DNA of 64,000 bases from an uncultured Planctomycetaceae bacterium (GTDB lineage Bacteria; Planctomycetota; Phycisphaerae; UBA1845; UTPLA1): the NCBI GenBank assembly GCA_964549445.1, contig CAZJVS010000001.1:5372-69371 (forward strand), written 5' to 3'. Positions 55,574-63,354 of the stretch are shown one piece after another. The translations under genes were made by a program, and so were the position numbers. Numbering within the stretch: the first letter of the stretch is position 1; the number at the start of each line of letters is the position of its first letter. The notes beneath the pieces are model-generated. The model was not told where the DNA came from. It saw nothing but the letters and a program-made list of their open reading frames with translations, and made no database searches.

Positions 55574-58000
55574 ATGGCGATCTCAATTCACTCCCGCGGG
55601 ATGATTTCGGTTCTGGCAATCATACTCTTCGCGAATGCAGCGTCAGCGGAATGCATGTACGGTTGGCGTCCCGGTGACGGTGCACCCGGACTGAATGCGT
55701 TTGGCAACGCCGTGACGACATGGGATCCCGACGGCGGCGGACCTCAGCGCCCATTGCTGGTGGTCGGCGGTGACTTTACCGTTGCGGGATCGACAGCTGC
55801 GAACCGAATCGTCGCTTGGAACGGGAGTTCGTGGCAAGCGCTGGGTAGTGGCATGAATGGTTCAGTCCGCGCGCTGACAGTGTACGGTGGGGCCCTGATT
55901 GCTGCCGGCGACTTTACTAACGCCGGTGGAGTGTCCGCGTCACGTATAGCACGTTGGAACGGCACCACATGGAGTCCGCTCGGATCCGGCGCGAGCAACA
56001 CCGTCCGCGCATTGCATGTTTACAACGATGAGTTGATCGCCGGAGGGAGCTTTTTCACTGCCGGAGGGGGTTCAGTTGGATTTATCGCCTCATGGAATGG
56101 CTCCAGTTGGCGCGCCATCGGCGGCGGCATGAGCGATACGGTGTATTCGCTTGGAACCTACGCTGGCGAACTCGTCGCGGGAGGCACATTCTCCTTTGCC
56201 GGTAGCGCGAGTGCTCGGTTTGTCGCGCGGTGGAATGGAACATCTTGGCGGAGCATGGGATCGGGTATGGATCTCTGGGGAGTTTTCGCGTTCGCGGAGT
56301 ACGGCGGAGAACTCTATGCAGGAGGAGGTTTTGAACTCGCCGGGGGTGTGCCGGCGTCCAATATCGCTCGATGGAATGGTACTGCTTGGTCGCCCGTGGG
56401 AGGGCCTATCAATGGTACGCCCGGCTCATCCTATTCACTAACCGTTTTCAATGGAGAACTCGTCGTCGGGGGCGGGTTTCTCAGCGCAGGTGGCATCCCA
56501 GTCGGGAATATTGCGCGATGGAATGGGTCCTCATGGTTGGCAATGCAGTCGGACGTGAATTTCAACGTGATGGGACTGACTGTATTTGAAAACGAGATCG
56601 TCGGCGTCGGATTCTTCGCAATTGCGGGTGGTAAGCCCGCAAACTTCGTCGCGAAATGGAACGAAGACTATTCAGTCGCCCCGCTTGGGAAGGGGATGGG
56701 CGCGCCAGTAAACGCTATGGCGAATCACATGGGGGAACTGTTTGCGGCGGAGTCATACGCAATTTCGGGGTATCCGTTCGCGCATGTCCTGCGTTGGAAT
56801 GGAAGCGATTGGCACGCATTGGGAGTTTTCGGGCTTCACAATAACGGCGTAAGTCCGGCGGCGAAGTTGAACGCGCTCGTGACGTACAGCGGTGGACTCA
56901 TCGTCGGCGGCGCGTTTACGCTCGCGGACGCAATGCAGATGAATCATGTATCACGATGGAACGGTTCCGCGTGGACCGCCTGTTCAGGGGGGGTGACTGG
57001 AGCGAATGCGAGTGTATCTGCACTTTCCGTGTACGCCAATGAACTCGTTGCCGGAGGACAGTTCACGGCCGCCGGCGGCGTTTCCGCCGCAAACATCGCA
57101 GCGTGGAATGGAAGCAGTTGGCATTCACTGGGCTCCGGCATAATCGGGCAGGTTTCCGCACTCACGGTTTTCGGAGGTGAACTCATCGCCGGCGGATCGT
57201 TCAGTGTGGCCGGGTCTATCAATGCGCTCAATGTGGCGGCCTGGAATGGGACGAGTTGGCGACCGCTTGGATTCGGTACGAGCGGACCGATTTACGCGTT
57301 CGCCACGTACGGTAATGAGCTTGCCGCTGGGGGCAGTTTTGTCCTTGCCGACGGGCTGACGTCGAATGGCGTCGCGCTGTGGAATGGGACGAGTTGGCGC
57401 CCAATTGGAAGTGGAGTTTCTGGAGGAGTGACGCCAACTGCGTTCGCGATGGCGGTTTCGCAGCAAGGCCTGCACGTGGGAGGAAACTTCATTTCGGCGG
57501 GGGGCGGCACCGTCAATCGCGTTGCTCTGTGGGACGGAGCCGCGTGGAGCGCGATGACTACTGGGGTGAATTCGGACGTTCGATCAATGTTGTCGATCGG
57601 TGGCGATGTAGTCGTCGGGGGCGCGTTCTCGATTGCCGGCGGTGGACCTTCGTTCTGGTTGGCTCGCTGGGGGCCTTCGATTCAACCCCCTGACATTTCG
57701 CAGCAACCTACGAATCGAACCGTAATCGGAGGCCAAACTGCCGTACTCCATATCGTGGCCGGCGGAGGGACACCGTTAAGCTATCAGTGGCAAAAGGATG
57801 GAGGAGCGATTGTCGACGATGGACGCATCACCGGAGCGAGCACAGATACGCTTTCAATTAGCCCCACTATTGGGTCGGATACGGGGAAATATGTTTGCAC
57901 CGTATCGAACGACTGCGGCGCGGTTTTGAGTGCAGCGGCGCGACTGTCAATCGTGAGGTCCACGGTCGCACCGATTGAGCCGATCAATGGCAATAACTAG
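55574..58000 (+). CDS. Secreted repeat protein: 13-14 propeller-like ~47-aa repeats plus a C-terminal Ig (I-set-like) domain
   Basis: I chose ATG 55574 within track ORF 55481..58000. It has a signal peptide (MISVLAIILFANAASA). The repeat unit is (I/V)A(R/A)WNG(S/T)xWxxLGSGxxGxVxALxVYxGELIAGGxFTxAGGVxA, and I counted 13 WNG/WDG repeat starts plus a final partial repeat (LARWGPS). The C-terminal domain PPDISQQPTNRTVIGGQTAVLHIVAGGGTPLSYQWQKDG..DTGKYVCTVSNDCG has the Ig-set pattern. Confidence 0.85.
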   Translation: MAISIHSRGMISVLAIILFANAASAECMYGWRPGDGAPGLNAFGNAVTTWDPDGGGPQRPLLVVGGDFTVAGSTAANRIVAWNGSSWQALGSGMNGSVRALTVYGGALIAAGDFTNAGGVSASRIARWNGTTWSPLGSGASNTVRALHVYNDELIAGGSFFTAGGGSVGFIASWNGSSWRAIGGGMSDTVYSLGTYAGELVAGGTFSFAGSASARFVARWNGTSWRSMGSGMDLWGVFAFAEYGGELYAGGGFELAGGVPASNIARWNGTAWSPVGGPINGTPGSSYSLTVFNGELVVGGGFLSAGGIPVGNIARWNGSSWLAMQSDVNFNVMGLTVFENEIVGVGFFAIAGGKPANFVAKWNEDYSVAPLGKGMGAPVNAMANHMGELFAAESYAISGYPFAHVLRWNGSDWHALGVFGLHNNGVSPAAKLNALVTYSGGLIVGGAFTLADAMQMNHVSRWNGSAWTACSGGVTGANASVSALSVYANELVAGGQFTAAGGVSAANIAAWNGSSWHSLGSGIIGQVSALTVFGGELIAGGSFSVAGSINALNVAAWNGTSWRPLGFGTSGPIYAFATYGNELAAGGSFVLADGLTSNGVALWNGTSWRPIGSGVSGGVTPTAFAMAVSQQGLHVGGNFISAGGGTVNRVALWDGAAWSAMTTGVNSDVRSMLSIGGDVVVGGAFSIAGGGPSFWLARWGPSIQPPDISQQPTNRTVIGGQTAVLHIVAGGGTPLSYQWQKDGGAIVDDGRITGASTDTLSISPTIGSDTGKYVCTVSNDCGAVLSAAARLSIVRSTVAPIEPINGNN

Positions 58001-58156
58001 TTGGACAAATAGAAGAGTCCCGCCAACTTACACGGCGCACTGAAGCCGGCTCGACCCGCGTTCAACAACGCATCGTGTGGTTCACGAAATCGTGGGCGAA
58101 GTGTAAGCGCCGTGCTTGGGCTCTGGTAATGGTGGGGCAGTCGGACAAGTCTGCTT

Positions 58157-59755
58157 TTGCTTGAGTCAAACCCCATTTCGGGCACGCCGCGAGCGGTATT
58201 AGCCGGAAGCGGACCGTCGCGCGATCGCGTGGCCATGGCCACGGTCGGTCTCGGAGTCCTGTTCTCCGCGGCGATGGGGCTTTCGTCCGTCGGAATGCAC
58301 CAATGGGACGATCTCCAGAGGTACCTGCTCGCAAGGTGGTCGTGGAGTTCGCCGGAGTTCATCCTGCACGACTGGGCGCACCCGGGGTTCATGTTGGCCT
58401 ACTTCCTGCCGGCGGGGCTGGGGTGGGCGGCGGCGCGAGCATTTTCGGCGGTGCTCTCGGGCATCGCGGCTTGGTGGGGATTCCGGATCGCGGAGGCACT
58501 CGGGTTTCGATCGGCGTGGGCCACGGTGCTGCTCACTTTTGCGCAGCCGATGTTCTTCACGCTTTCGCTGACCACGTTGAGCGAAACGGTTGCAGCGTTC
58601 TATCTTGTCGGGGCGGTGCTGCTGGCGCTTCGTGGGTGGTGGGCGACGTCGGCATTCGTCCTGTCTATCGCCATGACTGCTCGGAGTGAGTTGATCACGC
58701 TGGTGCCGGTCTGGTTCGTTGCCGCATACGCCGGGCGCGTGAAGCTGGTGCGACTGTGGCCGATCCTGCTGGCGCCGATTCTCGTAAACCTCCTCCAGTG
58801 GGCATGTGGAGTTCCGATGTCCGTCGCTTTTTTCATGACGCCCCACCCGGTCAGCGCTCCGCCGCAGAGCGGGTGGCTGACCATGTCCGTGCGGGCCATG
58901 GAGGCCTGGGGACCGGCCGTGGCGGGGCTTGGTCTTGCGGGTCTGGCGTTCGTCATCCGAAAACCCGGCGGTGTGCTGGTGTGCGGAACCGTTGCCGTCG
59001 TGCTACTCACGCAGACAGCGATTCGGGCGATGGGGACATATCTCTCGAACGGGTTTCCAAGGCAATTGGTCCCGGTTGCACCGCTTGTGGCGGTGAGCGC
59101 ACTGGCGTGCTGGAATGAATTGACCAGCGCGGATGCGCGGCGGCGACGTCTTGCACTTTGGACGCTCGCAGGGGCATTCGTGTTTCTGCTGGTGGCCGTC
59201 GAACGACAATTCGGCCTGAACGATCAATCGCTGTTCATGGAAAAGCCGGGATATGGTCGGTGGGCCGTGCGAATCGCGGCGGGCGCGACTGTGGCGCTCG
59301 CAGTGGCGGGGTCGCTCGGTGTGGCCACGGCGAGCGCGATGGCTCGGGGCGTGATGGCGGCTTTGTTGATCGCGACTTGCGGCTATCTGTTTCGGCCGTT
59401 GCACGCGCAGCCGGCACAGCGGGTGGCGGAGCGGGCTTGGCAGTGGCTGCGCGCGAACGGATACGAAGATCGCGAATTGGTCACGCTGCACATCTACTTC
59501 GATTACGTGACGGACAGGGCGGTTGCGCCGAATCGGGCATCACTGGCGGAGCGAATTGCGGCGGCGCCGGTGGGGGCAATCGTCGTGTGGGACACGCAGT
59601 TTCCGGGATGGAACCAGGAGCGGATGACGGTTGACGATCTATCGGGATCTCCGGACTTCCGGCTGCTGCACGAGACCGAGCCGCTGCCGAATGAGTCGGA
59701 ACCGTACGTGCGGCTGTTCGAGAAAGTCGCCTCTACTGGGCCAGGCCGACGTTGA
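58157..59755 (+). CDS. GT-C-like polytopic membrane protein, paralogue 3
   Basis: Track ORF with a TTG start at 58157; the start is uncertain (GTG 58229 and ATG 58235 are alternatives). Motifs are WDDLQRYLLARWSW..WAHPGF, AQPMFFTLSLTTLSETVAAFY..TARSE, and a C-terminal ..EPYVRLFEKV. These match the two paralogues at 17585-20788. Confidence 0.8.
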   Translation: MLESNPISGTPRAVLAGSGPSRDRVAMATVGLGVLFSAAMGLSSVGMHQWDDLQRYLLARWSWSSPEFILHDWAHPGFMLAYFLPAGLGWAAARAFSAVLSGIAAWWGFRIAEALGFRSAWATVLLTFAQPMFFTLSLTTLSETVAAFYLVGAVLLALRGWWATSAFVLSIAMTARSELITLVPVWFVAAYAGRVKLVRLWPILLAPILVNLLQWACGVPMSVAFFMTPHPVSAPPQSGWLTMSVRAMEAWGPAVAGLGLAGLAFVIRKPGGVLVCGTVAVVLLTQTAIRAMGTYLSNGFPRQLVPVAPLVAVSALACWNELTSADARRRRLALWTLAGAFVFLLVAVERQFGLNDQSLFMEKPGYGRWAVRIAAGATVALAVAGSLGVATASAMARGVMAALLIATCGYLFRPLHAQPAQRVAERAWQWLRANGYEDRELVTLHIYFDYVTDRAVAPNRASLAERIAAAPVGAIVVWDTQFPGWNQERMTVDDLSGSPDFRLLHETEPLPNESEPYVRLFEKVASTGPGRR

Positions 59756-60776
59756 GGTTCCACGGGGCACCGTTCAGGACACCGGGCGCGGAATTGTTGC
59801 CGATCCAGAGATCGAGTGCGGCGCGGACGGCTTTGGGCTCGGCTGCCGCGGTGATTCGCGCGGCGACGCGCTGCGGTTCAGCGGGAGGTGTACCGCCGCC
59901 GTCGGTGACGATCGCGGCGAGGGCGGACTCGCACGCTTTGGCGTTGTCGGCGAGGGCGATTCCGCCGCCTTTGGGGCCGAGCTGGGCGTAGCGCGCGACA
60001 TCGATGGCGAGGAAGCGGGCGAGATTCAGGACGAGTTCGCGTTGCACGGCGACGTTGTTCGAGAGCTTGGGGTAGATCTTGGCGGCCAAGACGAAGGCGG
60101 GCTGGTCGATCCCGCTGCGTTTGCCGCCAGCCTGCAGGGCGGGAAGTCGGGCGTCGAAAATCGAGTTGAGGGCGGATGCGATGTCGGCCTGGCCGGCGAA
60201 GTTATCGACACCCGTGAAGTCGAGGGCGGTGTAAATCTCTTTCAGAACGAGCGGCTCGACTTCGGAGGCGCCGGCGGCGCCGAGGGCGGCGAGCACCGGG
60301 CTGTATTCGGCGGGCTTGGTTACGCGGGACTTGATCTGGAAGATCCCCTTGGCTCCCCAGTAACGGACTTCCGAGTTGGGCGACGCGAGGGCGGTGACGA
60401 AGCCGTCGCGGGCGCCGGGGAAAGGCATCTCGGCGAGCATCAGGACGGCGGTGAAGCCGGTATCGCGACTCTGAGCGCCGATGAGGCCGCGAAAGGCCTT
60501 CGAGTACTCTGCGGCGTAGGTGTTCTTGAATGCGGGCGTTGCGGCGGGGTCCTGGATCCACTTCAGGACAGCGGTTTTGACATCCTGACGGGCGCGGTCG
60601 CTCTTGGCATTGCTCAGCTTGCGCGCCTGCGTTTCGAGGAAGCTGCTGATCCGGAAGGTGTCGTCCTTTTCAAACTTGGTCTTAGCGACGAGGTCTGCCA
60701 AGTCGCTCTGTTGCGCGGCGGCGACGACAGGCAGACACAGGAGGATCGAGGATACGAGGGTGAGACGGCGGGTCAT
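59733..60776 (-). CDS. Secreted helical-repeat (HEAT/ARM-like) hypothetical protein (347 aa)
   Basis: I chose ATG 60776 within track ORF 59733..60992. It has a signal peptide (MTRRLTLVSSILLCLPVVAAAQQ), and the rest looks all-helical. It converges on the previous gene with a 23-nt overlap. Confidence 0.6.
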   Translation of the reverse strand: MTRRLTLVSSILLCLPVVAAAQQSDLADLVAKTKFEKDDTFRISSFLETQARKLSNAKSDRARQDVKTAVLKWIQDPAATPAFKNTYAAEYSKAFRGLIGAQSRDTGFTAVLMLAEMPFPGARDGFVTALASPNSEVRYWGAKGIFQIKSRVTKPAEYSPVLAALGAAGASEVEPLVLKEIYTALDFTGVDNFAGQADIASALNSIFDARLPALQAGGKRSGIDQPAFVLAAKIYPKLSNNVAVQRELVLNLARFLAIDVARYAQLGPKGGGIALADNAKACESALAAIVTDGGGTPPAEPQRVAARITAAAEPKAVRAALDLWIGNNSAPGVLNGAPWNLNVGLAQ

Positions 60777-60938
60777 AGATTCAGAGGCGGATTCCTGGTT
60801 GCGCTGTCCGGCCGACGGACCCCCACGGACGGCCGGACGGAGGCCGCCCGCCACGCGGCACAGGCGACGCGACTTAGACCGTATCGGTTCACAGCGGGGA
60901 GTGTCAAGAGCGACGGTTTGCGAGGCAGCGGCGCAATC

Positions 60939-60968
60939 TTGACCGGTGATTCCTTTACACGATATAGT
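60939..60968 (+). promoter_or_regulatory. Candidate sigma70-type promoter of rex
   Basis: TTGACC (60939-60944), 18 nt, TATAGT (60963-60968). The only possible start codon upstream of the conserved Rex N-terminus is GTG 60977, 9 nt after the -10 element. Confidence 0.35.
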
Positions 60969-60976
60969 CGCTCGGG

Positions 60977-61693
60977 GTGCGAAAACCAACACGGAAAATC
61001 AACGACGCCGCCCGGTCTGAACACATCCCCGGGCCGGCGGTCAAACGACTGAGTCTCTATTTGCGCGAACTCGAGACGCATCGCCGAACCGGCGGGCGGA
61101 CGATCTCCAGCCGGAAACTGGGGCAGGCGCTCGGGCTGACGGACGCGCAGGTGCGGAAGGACCTGGCGTACTTCGGGCAATTCGGACACCCTGGGATTGG
61201 GTATGACGTCGTCGAGCTGTCGTCGCGGATTCAACGAATCCTCGGGACGGACCACGCATGGAACGTCGTGCTCGTGGGGGCGGGCAACCTTGGCATGGCG
61301 CTGGCGGCGTATCGGGGGTTTGCGAAGAAGGGGTTTCACCTCGTCGCGGTGTTTGACTCGGACGGTGCGAAGTGCGGGCACCCGGTGCCGGGGGTGGAGC
61401 ACCTGACGGTGCAGCCGGCGTCGACGATCGAGGCCGTGGTCCGGCAGCACGACGTACGGCTGGCGGTCCTTGCGGTGCCGGCGGGGGCGGCGCAGGGGGT
61501 GGCCGACCAACTGATCGCGGCGGGGGTGCGGGGGCTGCTGAACTTTGCGCCGGTGGCACTGACGTGCCCGGAGAGCGTGGCGGTGTCGGCGGTGGATATG
61601 GCGGTGCAGCTCGAACAATTGAGCTTTCAACTGGGGCAGCTCGGGCCGGCGCCGGGGGTGCGAGCGGCGCGCGGGACGCGGAAATCGGGCTAA
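60977..61693 (+). CDS. rex: Redox-sensing transcriptional repressor Rex
   Basis: 238 aa. The winged helix is AVKRLSLYLRELE..ISSRKLGQALGLTDAQVRKDLAYFGQFGHPGIGY, and the Rossmann motif is VVLVGAGNLGMALAAY. The C-terminus is NFAPV.. Confidence 0.85.
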   Translation: MRKPTRKINDAARSEHIPGPAVKRLSLYLRELETHRRTGGRTISSRKLGQALGLTDAQVRKDLAYFGQFGHPGIGYDVVELSSRIQRILGTDHAWNVVLVGAGNLGMALAAYRGFAKKGFHLVAVFDSDGAKCGHPVPGVEHLTVQPASTIEAVVRQHDVRLAVLAVPAGAAQGVADQLIAAGVRGLLNFAPVALTCPESVAVSAVDMAVQLEQLSFQLGQLGPAPGVRAARGTRKSG

Positions 61694-61725
61694 ATACGAA
61701 CCGAAACTGGGACGGCGGGCCCTGT

Positions 61726-61778
61726 TTGACGATGAATATAGCCATTGCTATACTCCGTATGTTATACTAATTACGGAG
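61726..61778 (+). promoter_or_regulatory. Near-consensus sigma70 promoter plus a 7-bp inverted repeat ahead of the ICMT-like gene
   Basis: TTGACG (61726-61731), exactly 17 nt, TATACT (61749-61754). The inverted repeat is CTCCGTA (61753-61759), N12, TACGGAG (61772-61778). Its right arm contains the GGAG SD. Confidence 0.5.
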
Positions 61779-62438
61779 ATGAACATGAGCCCGGGCCTCG
61801 TGTTGAGATTTGTGCTGTTGTTCGGGTTGCAGGGGGCGCTGCTGTTCGGCGGGGCGGGGCGGCTGACGGTGGCCGCATTCTGGGCGTACCTCGGGCTGCT
61901 GGCGGTGGCGATGGTTGTCGTGGTGGCGACGATCGACCGGGACCTGCTGCGCGAGCGGGTCAGCCCGGGGGCCGGCGGCACCGATCGAGGGCTGCGCGCG
62001 ATGATCATGCCGTTCAGCGTGGTGGCGCTGCTGGTGGCCGGGCTCGATGGGCGGTGGGGCTGGTCGCGCGTGGCGGCGGGGGTCCAGATCGGGTCGTTCG
62101 CGGCGATAGCGATGGCGTTCGGGTTGGTGATGTGGGCGATGCGTGTGAATCGGTTCTTCTCGCCGGTGGTGCGGATCCAGAGCGAGCGCGGGCACCGGCT
62201 GGTCACGGGCGGGCCGTACGGGGTCATTCGACACCCGGGGTACCTTGCGGCGGTGGTTTGGTTCGCGGCACTGGGGCCAGCGCTGGGGTCGTGGTGGGCG
62301 ATGATTCCTGCGGCGGGGGGCGTCGCCCTGATGGTGCGGCGCGTAATCATCGAGGACCGGTATTTGAGAGAGCACCTTGAGGGGTATGGGGCGTATGCGG
62401 GGCGGGTGCAGTATCGGTTTGTGCCGGGGGTGTGGTAG
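61779..62438 (+). CDS. Isoprenylcysteine carboxyl / phospholipid methyltransferase family membrane protein (ICMT/PEMT-like)
   Basis: 219 aa with about 5 TM segments. It has the motif GGPYGVIRHPGYLAAVVWF..EDRYLREHLEGYGAYAGRV (RHPxY..E..L), typical of the family. ATG 61785 has better SD spacing than ATG 61779. Confidence 0.8.
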   Translation: MNMSPGLVLRFVLLFGLQGALLFGGAGRLTVAAFWAYLGLLAVAMVVVVATIDRDLLRERVSPGAGGTDRGLRAMIMPFSVVALLVAGLDGRWGWSRVAAGVQIGSFAAIAMAFGLVMWAMRVNRFFSPVVRIQSERGHRLVTGGPYGVIRHPGYLAAVVWFAALGPALGSWWAMIPAAGGVALMVRRVIIEDRYLREHLEGYGAYAGRVQYRFVPGVW

Positions 62439-62491
62439 CGACGGCCGCTGGTGGATCGGAATCGGAGGCGATTGAAAAATTAGGGCGGTGA

Positions 62492-63354
62492 GAATTCGTG
62501 AATTCGTTGTGCTTTTGCCCTGGAAGGGACGAAGGCAGGGAGCGACGAAGCGACGAAAGGGATATTCGACGCGGGGCTTGGCGAGCGGCGAGCGGAAGGG
62601 GGTTCGATTTGACCCATCCCGTTGTTTTTTGACGGGATTAGACGGGATTTGATGGGACGGGGGTTGTGGGGGTCGGTTTTCAGTCATCGGTTCACAGTCG
62701 TCGGTTCGCGGGTTTGGGGCGTGCGAACACTTTTTTTGACGATAGAAGACGATAGAAGACGAAAGAGAGCCGGACAATTCGTGTCGAGATATCGGTCGGA
62801 ACGGTCGTCGCCATCTTTTTTCCTGTCCATTGACACGCCGGGCCCGCTTGCTGGCGCGCGCGGCTCGTACGAGGCCGTTCGCTTGGGCGTAGAATCTCTC
62901 CGTGGCCGCGCCCTTCGACGGGCTCAGGGACCGCCCTTCGACGGGCTCAGGGACCGGTCGACGGCGGATGCCGTGCGGATGGTTCTGGTTTTGGTGCGAG
63001 GGCTACGCTCCCTCGCTGATTCACCCCGTATACGCGCCCGGCGTTCCACACGACCCAACGCTGAAACGCAGAAACGCCGAAACGCAGAAAGCGGGCGGGG
63101 CGCGAGAGGTAATGGAAAACCGAAGATGAACGATGGAAAATGGGGGGATCGGGCGGGCGGGGCGGGATGGGGAAGGTCGGGTTAGATTGTCGATGTTGCG
63201 GTTTGGGGGCGGCGCGTTTAACGATATCAGAGGCTTAGTGGACCCTAAATGTCCTTCAAGGACATAGAAACTTTCTTGCGACGCGAGGGATCAGGGAACG
63301 GGGAACAGGGGGACAGCGTCGCAGGGATCTGGGGATGGGGGCGGAGGGGTTGGG
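62492..63354. repeat. Cluster of micro tandem duplications in a purine/G-rich non-coding tract, with G-quadruplex-type motifs
   Basis: Tandem units read directly from the sequence:
- GAATTCGT x2 (62492-62507)
- GCGACGAA x2 (62542-62557)
- GCGAGCG x2 (62581-62594)
- GACGGGATTA-like 10-mer x3 (62631-62660)
- CAGTC(A/G)TCGGTTC(A/G) x2 (62681-62708)
- GACGATAGAA x2 plus a degenerate third copy (62738-62767)
- CGCCCTTCGACGGGCTCAGGGAC x2 (62909-62954)
- GAAACGC(A/C) x3 plus a degenerate copy (63063-63094)
- G-tract runs at 63142-63172 and 63331-63354. Confidence 0.7.

Noticed and set aside
60945-60962. Rex operator overlapping the rex promoter
   Set aside because: GGTGATTCCTTTACACG is only a loose match to TTGTGAA-N4-TTCACAA and is not a true palindrome. 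That is insufficient evidence.
59631-61052. 473-aa plus-strand ORF. The same reasoning applies to 45670..47025 (+), 32755..33777 (+), 21539..22456 (-), 19437..20471 (-) and 60773..61630 (-).
   Set aside because: All are antisense to genes with recognisable products or protein-like composition. All are Gly/Arg/Ala/Pro/Asp-rich without motifs. This is the expected result of codon-position GC bias in high-GC genomes.
62492-63094. Possible CRISPR array, because of many short repeats
   Set aside because: Each unit is different, is only 7-23 nt long, is repeated head-to-tail 2-4 times and has no spacers. No cas genes are present. It is not a CRISPR array.
62622-63185. 187-aa plus-strand ORF (and 62902..63129) inside the micro-duplication tract
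   Set aside because: The translation is dominated by Arg, Gly and repeated peptides that simply mirror the DNA repeats. It has a TTG start, no SD and an AT-richer composition. I do not consider it coding.
62440-63354. Possible housekeeping ncRNA (tmRNA, RNase P RNA, SRP/6S RNA) in the long non-coding tract
   Set aside because: I could not find the conserved cores: no GAGGAAAGTCC-type RNase P P4 element, no tRNA-like tmRNA ends with a resume codon/tag ORF, and no SRP GGAA/GNAR tetraloop helix. It remains untested without Infernal.
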